42,909 nt of DNA, taken from contig JALJEE010001297.1 in assembly GCA_023231475.1 (NCBI GenBank), forward strand, positions 1 through 42,909. Reading direction: 5' to 3'. Positions 24,158-38,800 of this stretch are shown here, piece by piece; the first letter of the stretch is position 1; the number at the start of each line of letters is the position of its first letter. A model generated the notes under the pieces. It did no database searches, was not told the DNA's origin, and worked only from the letters and a program-made list of their open reading frames with translations. Origin of the DNA: Seison nebaliae. Its lineage: Eukaryota. A program made the translations under genes and the position numbers.

Positions 24158-26521
24158 ATGAAACGAAAGAAGAGTGTTCGATCGATCGACGACACAATTA
24201 CGATTAATGATCAGAAGTTTTTTGTAAACTGTAAAGGCTATTTGAAGAATAATGCTTATTATCATGGATTCCAATGTCCGAAGATTGGAAAGAATCCTCA
24301 ATTTTGTTGTCGAACAATTACATTGAGTTCGAAAGAATGTTGCACAAAACACGAATTGGAACAGTTGTTGAATGAAGAATTATTGGTGAATTATCCGGAT
24401 TTGGATGATGAAGCATATATCATTATCGCTGATAAGAAGGATGAATTAAACATTAAAGCCTCGTCTAATATCGAAGAGATTGATGAGATTAGTACGACGA
24501 CCAATTCGTTCATTGATCAGGATACAATGAAACCGTTCCCACCAGAAAATGTGAGATCAAATGATGATAATGGCAATTTTATTTCAAGAAATCAATTCCT
24601 TCTCACATGTTCTGTCTTCGTCTTAATGTTGTTGTTGTTTATTATAATAGTCTTATTAATTTGTCGATATTGTCGACGATGTTGTTGGTATCGTTATATT
24701 CGTGAAATGAAAATGAAGAAATCTTCTCAGAAAGCACATACATGTTCATCTAATTCATCACAATCATCGTCAACCACAACTGGTATTTTATCAACGGCCA
24801 ATAGTAAATCAAAATATTTCCAATATGACAACGAAAATAATAAAGAACAATTGAATATTTTAATGAATAATTGTGCAGCTACTAATTCCACTTTCAATCA
24901 ACCACTTTATCAATTGACGACGAATGATATCGATCAACAGCAAAAGCAGAAATTACTCGACAGTTCTTCATTGTCACCACCACATACAGGCAACGCCTCA
25001 CAACTCCAATCGAATGACGATCAATTTACCACAATTAATCGAAAATTTTCCTCCATTCTTCCAACAGCGAATTGTGGAAATAACTCATTATGTCATCGTC
25101 CATCATTTCACAATAACAATAAGAATAATAACTTAGGGAATGTGTTGGGAAGGAATTCCGTTTCAACATTCAATTCCATTCAACAACCAAATCAAATGGA
25201 AAATTATTCGTTTGATAATATTGTATCGAATCCTAGTATTATCGTATCAACGATGAATAACGGTAATCAATTAATTTATCATACAACGATGAACACACAA
25301 GCGAGAACGTCAAATAATAATTTGCATCGATATCCCTCAAAGAATTTGGGGAAGTTAAAGAATAATACATCTAATGTAGTGTCACCATCATATCGTATTT
25401 CTACCATGACTAAACGACAATATCAAGATAATCCTAATGAATCACATTATGGGAATTATGTCAATACGAAAGATCACAATTATACTATCAACAAATTATC
25501 GCAAATAAAGAAATCGTTAGCAGATTTTATTTTCTAATTTTCATTATTTTTTTCCTTCTCTCAAAAAGAAATGACAATTCGAATAGTTTTCTAGAAAATA
25601 CTTATCAAGAGTTTAAGTTCCCCAACGATTCAGCAATGTTTGCTTCTGCATACTTCGCCCAAATGCAACGGGAGGACGAAGAGAATAAATTGATGTTTGA
25701 TCAACAGAATAAGAAGGACAATGAGAATAATTCAAGCTTATCGAAACATTTAGAGGATTTACGAAAACAATTAAATGACAATCCGAATGATAAAGGAAAA
25801 AGTTGAAAAGAAACTTTAATTTCTCATTTTCCACTTTTCTTTTCAACAGATCAATTCAATTCAGGAAATCAATTATCGTCTCTTCTCAATACGAGATTGT
25901 TATCGAAACGTTCTTATGGTTTCCAAAAACCGAATTCTTTAAGGAAGTTCTTATTTAGAATTATTTATCTTATTTTATTTAATTTTCATTAGTGATTCAA
26001 CTAACAGTTCTACTAGTGGATATCATCATTATGCACGAACAACCGAATCTGAAAATACATCATCGACGATGGAGACGGCAGCATATAATATGATAATCAA
26101 TTTATCGAATAGCAGTGATGATCGTTCCGATATACGACAACAAGACTATTTGGATAATACGCAGAATGGCGTCCTCCAAATTATCCCATTTCCCGCTACT
26201 CATTGTCCTCTCGATAATATTGATTCACAAACGTTAAAAAATGATACTGATTCTGGTGTACATAGCAGTTCGATAGCGAACGACCGAATTAGTCGCAACG
26301 GTCGAAATATGTCAACGGAATTTACAAATAAAATGTCTATGTCTCCCAAACTTCCCATGCGAAATCGATCACCATTTGATGATGAGGATGGAGTAGAATT
26401 GCATGACATCGAAGAACAGAATGACGATGATGATGGGGAAATTGCTCACCTCAAAGAATTGATGACAACCACCACGGCAACAATCAAAACTATCAAAGAA
26501 GAAACGTTTACATATGGATGA
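24158..26521 (+). CDS. Shisa-like single-pass membrane protein (6-Cys ectodomain), >=738 aa; exons 24158-25515, 25569-25801, 25850-25946, 25993-26521; 5' end uncertain
   Basis: CKGYLKNNAYYHGFQCP...FCC...ECC matches the Shisa/Shisa-like C*C*CC*CC pattern; TM FLLTCSVFVLMLLLFIIIVLLI followed by the Cys cluster CRYCRRCCWY; long N/S/Q-rich tail. Three introns (53, 48, 46 nt) join ORF 26069-26521 in frame. No signal peptide in the ORF, so an upstream exon is likely. Confidence 0.75.
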
Positions 26522-29500
26522 AATATTTGTATGACAAAATAGAACACTTAAGAGAATGCTCCGTCGCTCAAATGTTTCTCGTTTAATCTTTCGTTTTTTA
26601 TTAACTGAACCGGTAAAATCATTTGACGGAACTAAAAAATTCGAGAGAAATTCAATTCGTTTCAAAAACCTTTTCATTTTTCAATTAATTTTCCTGATTC
26701 CTTTTATTCGATTGAATCATTTTTTGAAATAAAATCTTATGAAAATTTTACAAGAAAATATTTTAGTTCAATTTCTTATGGAAACGTTTAACTGAAACAG
26801 TAAATTGTGAAGAATATTCTTAAATAAATTATTAGACTGATTAGTGATGATGATTAATCCTTTTATTCATTGAGATCTTATTTGATTATAGTGATTTAAT
26901 GGAAATTATAAGTTATTCTCAATGGGAAGACATGATCATCGAGTAACATCGAATTAACTACATCATCTCTGCTGATTAGGATAAGAGGGTGCATATCTAT
27001 CAATTCAATAGAAGAAGAAGAAGAAGAAGGTCGACAATTATATTGATGCATTTTCCACGCGCTAATCGAAATTAGTCATCTGGTTTGAAATTGGAGGAAA
27101 GTGTTATTTTTTCTTTTTTCATCTTCAACTCCCTAAAATTTTTTTGCTCATTTCTTATTCTCACAGAATAAGAATAATATTCAGATGATACTAAAGATGA
27201 TGTTGGTGATGTTAAGTGCTAGGAAATAAGGATTATTATTAATTCCTAGTAGATATAATCTATTTGTAACAATGCGTAAGAGATGATTGTGATGATGGAT
27301 TGTGCTCGACAGATCGGAGATTAGACTTATTTTATTCAAGAAATGTGAAGGTTCTCCTTTTTTGATGGGAAAGAAGATGAGAAAACAACCAAAAATTACA
27401 TGGTATGTTCCCGTTACCTAATTAATAGTATGATGTTTTAGTTATCATAAATATGGTTTTTATGATGGAACATATAGAATTTCATAGGAAACCATTTGAA
27501 AAGTATTTGTCTCAATGTGTTTGTTCTTCGAATGAAGACGATGCTGATGATGAGGTGAATGTGCATAATAATAAGTGAAATATAACGAGACGATATATAG
27601 AATAAGTATTACATAATCGATTAAAAATGGATGTATTATTAAAATCTTTCTTTGATAATTGACTTTGGTGGTTGGAGAAATTGTTAGTTATGGGAAGTGA
27701 AGATGAAAAAAAGAAGGAGAGAATGCTGAGGAGTGATTATATTCTGCCTGAAAATGTTTCATTGGTAAATGATATTTTTAGTTTTCAGAAAGAACAGCAT
27801 TTAAAAAAATCGGTTTTAACCACCATCTCTCTTTTCGGGGATATATATTAGACATTTGAAAAACGGTTATGTTCGAATCATTCTACGTTAAAGTGAAATG
27901 AAAATTCGAAAGATTCCTGAATTACTCATTATTTTCGTGTTGGAGATAAATTGATTTTCCTTCTACCAATTTTCAAGTGAATATTCTCATCGCCATCATG
28001 ACTATTATTGAAATGAGTTAAAGTGAAGAATATGATCAGCAACGAATTTGTAGACGGATAGTAATTTCGTTAGAAAACTAATATTAATCATGTACTCCCA
28101 GTAAATTATGTTAATAGGCGATAAACGATTTATTTTAGAAGCGAATCAACAATCAAACCAAACAAGTACGGGGGGGGAGTAAATTGTTTAGCTAATCTCT
28201 TCTCTCATGTCATTCCAGCAATTTCACGGGCCGTTGAAGTTAGAGAAGCCGTACGAACATTAGCTTCAGTTAAACTCATCGGCTACTAAAACTATCATCG
28301 TCATCTATATTCGTCTGTTAATTGATGTGAAAAAATTGTAGAAATCTCTGAGTATCTGGTTTCATTGTCGTCAATGGGGAGTTTTCCACTCTGTTTTCTC
28401 CATACCATATCTGCCAGTTGAAGCACTTCCTTGCAGTCGTTGAACGCCGATTGAATTTCTACTAATTCTACTTTTTTCATATTTATCATTAGCTTTCTCA
28501 TCCATTACATATTGTTTATTTCCTAATAAATATTATCTATTTCCACTTCTTTTTTCCTTCTTTTAGTAGGACCATTCTTTAGTTGAACTAATTCTTTTCT
28601 TCTACTTACCATTTTCCTTTTCGCCCAACTCAATCACAATTATTCAATATCTACATCATCAACAATAATAATATTAATAATCTTTTCTTCTTCTATCCAA
28701 CAAATTCTTCTTTCATTTCTCCTAGTAAGAATAGCACCCTAATATTTATAGTTACCGTATTTACGAGTGTTGTAGCCATAGTAGTAATTCGGGTAGACAT
28801 TATTCTTGTTCGATTAGTAGAGTAGTAGAAGCGGGAAACCGAAGAAAAAAATGTAGAATAGATAAAATAGAGAATTTCCTCTTATTTATTTTTCGTGGAA
28901 ATTTTTATTTTCATCCCCCAACTACATCATTCTCATAAGTTAAATTTAGTTTTTCTAGTCATTTCCACTAAATGGGAAAGGAACTGTTATCACGAATCTG
29001 ATTAGTGAATATTATGAATAATTAATTATTTTTCTGAAGACATCATTCTCCATTTCAGTCAAATGACGATTCGTCCACTAATTATTCTCAATGGATAACG
29101 AATACTCAATTGCCGTTAAAAGAATCTTTCAAATATTTGTTTGTCTTTCAATTAGACTTGAAATAAAATGTTTTTTCTGTTTGAAAACATTTTTGTAAAT
29201 CATTCTATTTCATCATCATAATAAGTAAGTTCGTTTCATTCATATAAATTTATGATAATTTCTGATGATTGTTTTTCAAATCTACGAACGATAAATCAAG
29301 AGGTAAAATGATTTCTAATATTTTAATTTTTGATTCATTCAAATAACTTTTAACAATGACTGATCCAATTAATTCATTATTACCTTCAAGAAAATGAATT
29401 GTTAGTGTCAATAAAGATTCCAACAAATATTGAAGGATAAAAAATTTAGTGTATGAGCAAAATATGTTTCTTATGTAAGATTATGTCGTTTTTAAGAATG

Positions 29501-32500
29501 TAGAAAATTAATTTGACGGTCCGATAAAACGTTTTTTCTTTTTTTCTTCATTCCATTCATTCCATTGTTACATCATGCAAATTATTCGATCATTCTCTTA
29601 AAAGCAACAGTTATCGGTATTAGATTGTTCCTAATGCAGCTAAGGCAAAGAAAGTGCATAAGCGGAAAAAGACATATCAGCTGACATTCCCTAATATTTG
29701 AACAATACTTCATGAAGGAACACGATGTCATATATTGAAAAGCGTATCGTCACGTCTCCGTGTGGTGGTCCGTATGTTGAGAATGAAAGAATATCATTCT
29801 TCTTCAATGAAAGCAGAATGATGGTAAGAAGAAAGAATTAGATGCAAATAATTTCGAAATGGAATTACCCGAAATTCCTTTTTTATAGATATTCGAATTA
29901 ACAATTAGAATTTCATTCCCAGTCATCTCACAAAAATATTTCATAATCGATATAATATATATGAGAGTCGAAACGATAACTTATTAGAGAAAAGCCGGCA
30001 ATGTTTGTTGTTTGCGGCAGTAAATTACTGATGCCATTAACCAGTCAGAAGAAAAGTTTGTCAGCGTTTCATATATTCCGCCCATTATCGACTAGTCGTT
30101 GAAGCGCAACTTGTCATTTCACGAAAAGAAACATCATTCCATATAATTAATTGTTGCCGTTAGAACGTGAAGAAAATGTGAAATTTGTTGGAAGGTCGTT
30201 GGAAATAGGCTGGGAAGAAAAGTTCATTTCTCGTAATAAAATTCGACCAGACTACCATTTGATGATGATGATAGTAGAATATTGAGCGTATTCTTCTAGG
30301 GATCGTTAATAGAAAATTGATGATAGAAATTCAATCATATTTAATCCAAGTATATATATTAATTACGTAATAACTTTATAAATAAGAAGAACATATTAAC
30401 CATTTTCATCAATATAACAAGAGATTATGTTTGTATCAATTTAAAAAGAAAGAAAAGATTCTTCTTCCTTTTCTCCATATTTCCCAATAAACAGTGCTCA
30501 TAAAAATGAAGGAAAAGTTCTTTTATGTTTTTTTTTTTCATCTATACAATTCTTCATCATTAACTTCATCATCATATGATTGATATAATAGAACAGTGGA
30601 ATATTCCATCTTTTCATCATCATCATCTTCTTCATCGTCTCCAGTTGGAAAATAGTTGAAGGTGAATTGAAGAATTCACTCGTGTCTCATTAATCGATAT
30701 CAGAAAATTGTAAAAGTGCAAACAACATCGAATATACTATAACATCCGAATAAATATTCCATTCATTACCGCTCACGACGTTTCGAAAGAAAGTCTTCTA
30801 ACGAATTGCATGATTCTAGTCAGCTCTTCCTAATATAATTTTTGTTTTTGTTCCTATTGTTCTCTTTCATCAATAATTTTTATCAATTCTATGACAGAAT
30901 TTCCTTCACATCACATATGTTTCTTTCTTCCTTGCTCATTTAATCATTCAAAAAATCTGAACTCAAATCTCAATACCGTCCGTTTCTGATGCGCTATCAT
31001 ATCAACTAAACCATCAACCATTTTCTATCATTTTCTTCGGAGAAATATCTCTAAAAAGTTTTTATAAATATTCTCCAATAACAAAATTCATTTCAACGCT
31101 CTTAACGGAACAATCGAAATATTATGAGGTTAGACATCAGATGATATTGCATGTTTGACAATCATTTCGACGTCGTTAAGATTGTCGTTAGTTTGACGCA
31201 TCGTTTCTCATTTCTTTCTTTTTTTTTTTACTATTTTCCTTAATTTTCTCCTTTCTATTCATAACGATCGTTCGTCATACCTATTGCCTGTCAATGTTAG
31301 TGAGCATTAACTTCCAGGAACTATAGGATAGAGAGGTAGAGTCAATTATCGTCCAGAATGAAAGAAAGGAGCTACCAAACGAATTCAGTGGCATAAGGTA
31401 ACACGCAACAATGAAATGGATGAGAGCGACAATTCTCTCGTAACATACAATTGATCTAGTTATTGACGAATGTTGTTGTGGAACGCTTATTAATTATATG
31501 GTGAGCCGAAAGCGATTATAGGTGGTTACGTTTGAATTTGACATTCGAATCCTTTTCTTCCCGAAATTTGCTCGAAATGTTAGGTGGGAAATTGTTAGAA
31601 TTCCTTCTTTCTGCTTCATTATCCTATTAACGATGAAGGAACTAGATATTATGTTTCTTTCACTCTTTCATCCAATTCCTTCTTTCTGCGCAACAAACCG
31701 CATTTTGCATAAAAATAAAAAGTCTCTTTAAGAAAATCTTTAGTATTTCGTCTCATTCTTCTAATTCCACGACAAACTTTTGAAATGTTACAGAGAATAT
31801 CATGTGATAATTCTGATTATGTTATATTTGTTCGTTCGTCGCATATTCTCCCGTTAGATGTTATGGGCAAAGATAGATAGGAAATTGAAGAGAACGTGAA
31901 ATGAACGATATGTATGTCAGTTATCAGGTTAAGATAATGTAATTCCCCTCCAGTTGTTTGGCAGTTAAGCGCGAATAAGTAAGACAGATAACTCGTTTTA
32001 ATCGATCTGACAATAGCGTAATTTACATAATTAACACGTGAGATAATCAGTTGGTCGAGATGGTACGTACTAATAATAATAGCAGTTGATTCTTGCGAAA
32101 AGAAAACTTTCTGTCCAAAAATTGATGATTTACTATTGCTTCCACATACTCCACATCAATATACAGACGAATACAGTTCACTATTGCAATCAATGCATTT
32201 CCCTTCGTCCCCATTAATTCGCACATGAGCACTTACATTCTAATTATGTTATAAATGAAAGCATTTCCTATAGACTAACTAATTCTCATTACGAACTAAC
32301 AAAGTGGACATCGGTCAATGTGATTAATCTATTTTTGGTTCAACGCAGAAAGGAACTTAAAGAAAATTCTCGTTTATTTTAGACATCGAATATTTCCATT
32401 TTATTTCATTATTTCCCACTATATCTTATTCCAATATCTCTGAAAAATTTAGCGTTCATGAATCAAGTTTTACTATGTAGCAGAAAATTTTAAATTTATT

Positions 32501-35500
32501 GTGTGCATTGACTCTGCACAAAATGTGCACGACTCATTTCTCAGTAGATATATAATGAATCTGGTAATCATTAGACATACAGTCCAAGAGGCGTATGGCT
32601 CGGATGGACATTTGAAGACGAAATGAGATTGGCTTCTCCACATCTCTCTAATTTAACATCGTATTGATCGTTTCAATAACTGTTATTCTCTAATTAAATT
32701 ATTCGATTGACTCTTAGGTCGAAAACGACGACGACAAAGTGGACTAGGAGCATTGTACTGGTCCTGTCAGATGCACATTTGGAGCAAGGAAGTTTGATTG
32801 AAGAAAGTCATTTATTTTCGTTCGATCGTAAGAAGAGAAGAAAAATGGTAAATATAGAACAATTCCATTATTTATGGTAAATAAAGATTTCAATTGTATT
32901 ATGAATCGTCGTCGCCAACCTCGTCCCAAAATATATACATTCCCCACAGAATTCACTAAAAATTTCCTACAATTAGCATTGTTCAATCTCGTCAAGAGGA
33001 AGAAAGAATTGACCAAATAAAAACCAAAAGATTTGAAAAAATTTCTTTTTTTTTTTCATAACCAAATGTATTTCGACCAACAAGAATAAGAAGCAAAATG
33101 AGAATATCATGATAATCGACACCACTAACATCGTCATCTATCAACGAATAATAATAATTATTATTATTATTATCGACATCTTCATCATCATTGTAATTGT
33201 TGCCGTGCATATATCCGACGTACGACTATCGTTCCATTACGACTTTAGGTTAAAAACGGTAAGTATAATGAAAAGAAGTAAATTCTATTGTCTACTCACT
33301 TCATTCAGAATCGGCATCCATTTAATGCTATTTTATATGTGAGAGAATAATGAAGAAGATTGAAATGAAATAAATGACGATTCGTCATTTTTTTTGATGG
33401 ATAGATTTTGAGGGATCCGAATGGAAAAATTGTTATTTCTATTGTTCAACGGAAAAGTCTACTGCGTCGCGCATATGTATGATGGGGCGTACGATGTTGG
33501 ATGAGAAAGATGAATTGATAAATGGAATATTGGGAAAGTAAATTTTCCCATTATCGCTTTCCATCCATGTTTACTTACTAATGCAGTGAAGATGTTGACG
33601 AAATGTGCTAAAGGTAGCCGGTGGGCAGCAACTCGTTATAAAAATGTTATCCATCAATTCGTTTACTCGACATGGGGAGAAGGACCGATGAAAAGAATGA
33701 AAACATTAGTCAATTTCATTAGGCGGTTCCAATTCGAAGTGTACTCTCGTCCTAAAACTATACCACTTTCATAACCATCATCATATTGACATCATCTTCA
33801 ACCATGTCCAATATGTCCGTGCACAATTTTGTTCATCTCTAAGTCTTTTTAGGAAAATATTCTCCTGGCAACTTTTTCTGATAATTCATTTTCTTTTACC
33901 AATTTTTTTCTTTAGTCAAAAATATATGGTTGATTTCTCTATGTAATATAATATAATATGGAAGATAAAATCATCACCATCTCAATCTGCCAATGACAAA
34001 TGATGAAGGATGATAGCAGAAAGGACTGAGTGAGAAAAAGAAGTTATCATAAAAAAATGAAATTCAATATTTCACTGATAATCATTATATGGAATGGCAT
34101 TTGGAGGAATGATTTAATTAAATAAATATGAAATACAGTTATCAATTTAATGAAACTTCTTATCGTTCATCTCATTCCTTTATTGTTGATTGCGATGACG
34201 GAATAATATTCGACGTTATCGATTCATGCATCTGGTGGTGAATTTCAATTTCAACACGAAATTTCCTCAACTCAATTCAGTTAATAGGGGAGATGGGAGA
34301 TAGAATTAATTTTTGTCTAATTCATCTGAAATTATCTCTCAATATATATATATATGTATATTTGTGTAAGGGAAGGATTGATGATTGAATGTCGATTGTC
34401 AACATTCATTTCTATTCTACTCTCAATCTAGTTTCAATAGAATACGAAGTATTGTTGAAATTGTTGAACTGGACGAAGTGCATGGGATGAATTTGTTTTG
34501 AAGATAATTTTGAGATGAAATTCAGGAAATCTTAGAGATATGAACGACGATTGTTACGTAATTGAAGTCAATGGACAATTTGATGGAATGATTGAAAATG
34601 TCTCAAAACGATTCTTTACTTAACCCGAATTTTTACATTTAATAATTTTCTTCTTAAACATAGGAGGATTGAAGGGAACATTTCTAATTTTTATGATAAG
34701 ATAATCCACATATTTCAACCGGTTCATCTTTGCTACTGTGTTGTTGTGGGAATAATTATCAGGAATTTGTAGTTTTTCAATCCTTTCCTTTCTTCTCTAA
34801 CAATTCTGATAACAGATGGAAATAAGGTTTCTTTCATTTCATTCGTATACAAATATTTTAATGATACCGACAAAGTCAACGGAGAAGAACCGAAAGTGAC
34901 ATGAAAATGCGGCACATTTCAAATCGATTTGATTACATCATCATTGGGAAGAGTGGAGTAAATGCATTAGCAAATGCTTTACATGTTCACTGATTGTCAA
35001 TTGACTGTCAACAAATCAACTTTTTCATTCACCGCTATTGTTTCTCCCTCCTACCAACATTATTCTTCTTCGATTAGTGATCTCATTCTCCAATTGCATT
35101 TAACAAGCAAACGAAGAATGAATACCTAACGCTATATATCTAACTATCCAATTTCTATTTCTTCTTTCCAAATCACGAAATCTTCAATTGAAATTGGAGG
35201 GGAGATGGACAACTTTCTATTCTCCTATTTCCGGTAAATAAGTGAAGAGTCGATCTAAATTATATCGTATTTGGATTAATTCTTCTCATTTAATATATAT
35301 ATTTCTCTCAAATCGTTTAGTAATGTTATTGAGGAATCCTTTCCATTATTAGTTTGACTTGTAAAACGAAGGAATGATGAAGGAATGATACGAAAAATAA
35401 CAATCCTTCCCGTTATATATACGTACATGTATCGTTTGTTTTAATTGTCGGTCTGACGGAAGTGATACTCCATTATTGCATCATAATTCTTCTTCATTCT

Positions 35501-35868
35501 TTTTTCTTCCCGTCATCAAAATGTTTATGATTCTTACCATTACTATCATCGTCAGGAATAATGATATCAGCGACAGTAGTAGCATCATCATCTTGTGATT
35601 CTCTTCATTGTGATACTCTTCCTTTTCTTCTTTCGTACTCATCATTAATTTCAGCTGTTGTTTAGTTATTTAATTAATAGATATTAATTATTCTTCTCCA
35701 ATTTCTCCGTTTCTTTTACAGAGATGAAATTAATTTATTGCTAATAAATTTCATTGTACCGATATCATTAATAAGTTCGCCAATTAACTGGCTAAACGAA
35801 ATTTCTTTCGCAGTTCTTTATTGTTAGAGTGAATACGAAATCATTCGTCATTATTCAATCAACATAAT

Positions 35869-38800
35869 ATGATGGTTTGGACGAGAAGTGGAAGATTGGA
35901 TTATACATTCATCATATTCATGTCATTCTTATCATTTGCACATTGTTTGAAAGAAGAACGCATTACTATTCAATTGAATGAAACGGCACCTATTGGTAAA
36001 ATAATTTGGTGGTACAACAATTCGAGGAATTTGGAAGGAATAGTAAAGAGTATTCGACGTGAAACATTTATGTCGAATCGTATTGATCGCATTCAACAAC
36101 TCAGTCAATTAATGTATTTCGACTCAACAACTCTGAGATTAAGAGGAAACATTTCTTTGATAAGTATTTGTAATGAGAAGAATCCGAGTCAATCGTTATG
36201 TTCGAACCAGTGCCATTCATCTTGTAACATCGAATTCAGTGTAAATCTGATTGAACGACATAGGAAATCGTTGAATAATAATAAATTGAAAATCGTCAAA
36301 TCATTATTGTTCTCTATATTTATTCAAGATGTGAATAATCATGCAGCTTTCTTCCATACCGATTTCAAGGAGATTTCCATTAATGAAAATGTACCTCTTG
36401 GTATTCGATTACCATTGGAAGGGGCAACTGATTATGATTTCGATTCAGATAAACGAATTTTAGAATATCGATTGATGTATTATAAATCGCCAAATGAGAA
36501 AGTGAAAGAATTGGAGTTATTGCATTTGGAGAAATATGATATTCATATTGATCATCTCAATTTAGTTCTCGTCTCCAAATTAGATCGAGAAAAACAATCA
36601 GAATTACAACTCATTCTATTAGCACGATATCAACGACCATTCTCGCATTTGATCGATGAAACTCGTATGAGAATTTGTATTCGAATTATTGACGTGAATG
36701 ATGCTGCTCCCCAATTCGACCAGAACGTTTTTCATATAAGTCTCTCCGAATTTACACAGGTAGGACAAATCATTAAGAATTTTACGGCTACCGACGCAGA
36801 TAGTGGAATGAATGGAAAAGTAGAATATGCGCTACGAATGTCATCTTCCAAATTGTCATCATCATCATCATTATCATCATCATCATTGTCGTCATTGTCG
36901 TCGAGAATGTCATCACAATCTTTCCCACAAGACCTATTCCCATTTTCAATTAACCGTCATAACGGAAGTTTAATGATAACTAAACCGTTAGATTTCGAAC
37001 ATAAAGATTCTTATCAATTTCTGGTTGAGGCACATGATTCGGTTGGAAAGGTGCCAACTGAACGAAGAAATACAGGCCATGCACGAGTAATGATACAAGT
37101 CATTGACGAGAATGACAATCAACCACAAATGCAGTTGATTCAATTGAAATTTCCAATTTTTAATGATGATACTTTCAAGAAATATTTGCCCACACTCAAA
37201 TTGAAGAGAATGGATGTGAGAGAATCGGAGAATATGGAAAATGAATTTATTCTTTTTATTAAAGGAATCGATGCTGATTATTCAGATTCATTAAATTGTC
37301 ATTTGAATGAATGGTCATTTCGGGATAGGAATGAATTGAAACGACATTTAAATAAATTAGTTAATTCATTAAAATTCAATCAAAATCTTTTATCAACATC
37401 ATCATCCTCCTCATCATCATCATTATCAATTCAGTCATCATCTCAAAATAAATTCTATAAATCGATGTCACCGTATATACGAGAAATGTTCTCCACTCCT
37501 CAATTATTCGAAATGGAAGAGATTCATACAAGTGATGCCGACAAGTTACATATGTCTCCATCATCTTCTGGATTTAATAATGAATATCGTCCCAGACAAT
37601 CCACAATAATGTGCCGGATAAAAGTTCTCTCTCAACTCAATCGAGAAAAATCGGAATATCATTTATTAAAAATAAAGATAATGGATCGAGAACATCATTC
37701 GGAACAATTATTATTATTACACGTTTTAGATGTGAATGACAATTCTCCAATTTTCATCAACGCCACATATAATTCACCATCGGACAGTTCCTTAATGAAT
37801 TTCCGAAGAGCGAGTGATTGTTTAATAAAGAAAAGTATTTCTGAAAATTTAAAGAAAGGTGAAGTTGTTACAACAATTCAAGCGACTGATATGGATCAAG
37901 GATTAAATGGAAAAATTTATTATTCAATCACCAAACAAAAAGATGAAATGTTTTGGGTGGACAAATTTTCGGGTAACGTCTATTTGACGAATGGTCGATT
38001 TGATCGTGAGAAGGTCAATGAACATTCAATATTAATAGAAGCGACTGATAATGGCAAGAATGTGAAGAAGAGAAGAACATCCCAATGTATTCTCCAAATC
38101 AATGTGTTGGATGATAATGATAATTCACCGAAATTTGAATTTCCTTCGTATCATTTTTATCTGGCTGAGAATATGACAATCGGTTCGATCATTGGCTATG
38201 TGAAAGCGACGGATAAAGACGAAGGTCTAAATTCGAGAATTAATCTCAAATTACAACCGATCGAACAAAATGGTAATATTAATTTGATGGAGAATAAGAA
38301 TGATTTATATGCCACCAACAATTTACAATTACCATTCGCTATCGATGGGAATGGTCGAGGAAAAGTCACCGGCATCTTAAAATTAGTTCAACAATTAGAT
38401 CGAGAATTGAAGAAAGAATATAAATTTAAAATTATTGCAACAGATTTCGGACGTGACATCCATCGAGAAACTGCCGTATTGGCCACAATTACTGTGACGG
38501 ATATCAATGACAATGCACCACATTTTATTTGGCCACCAGAAATTTTGGAGAAATCGAATATGGAGTATTTATCATTCCAGTCGCTTACTAATACGTTATA
38601 TGTGAATAAGAATTATTTTATTGAACGATCTAAATTGGAAAGTTCGATGAAGAAGAAAGATGATGTTCATTTAATAAAATTAGTACGATTTCGAGCATCT
38701 GATCGTGATAATGAAGGTGCAAATAGTCAAATCATTTTCACATTAAACACTTTCCAAATGGTGGATAAGAGAATTTTCCATATTTTTCATATGGAACACA

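Noticed and set aside
28130..28501. Coding-like minus-strand segment (66-aa ORF plus a stop-interrupted continuation)
   Set aside because: No recognisable domain and multiple stops; at most an unidentifiable relic.
11386..33264. Canonical GTAAGT hexamers in the gene deserts (11386, 17595, 29225, 33259) as donors of long introns
   Set aside because: Several are expected by chance at this base composition, and no exon can be tied to them.
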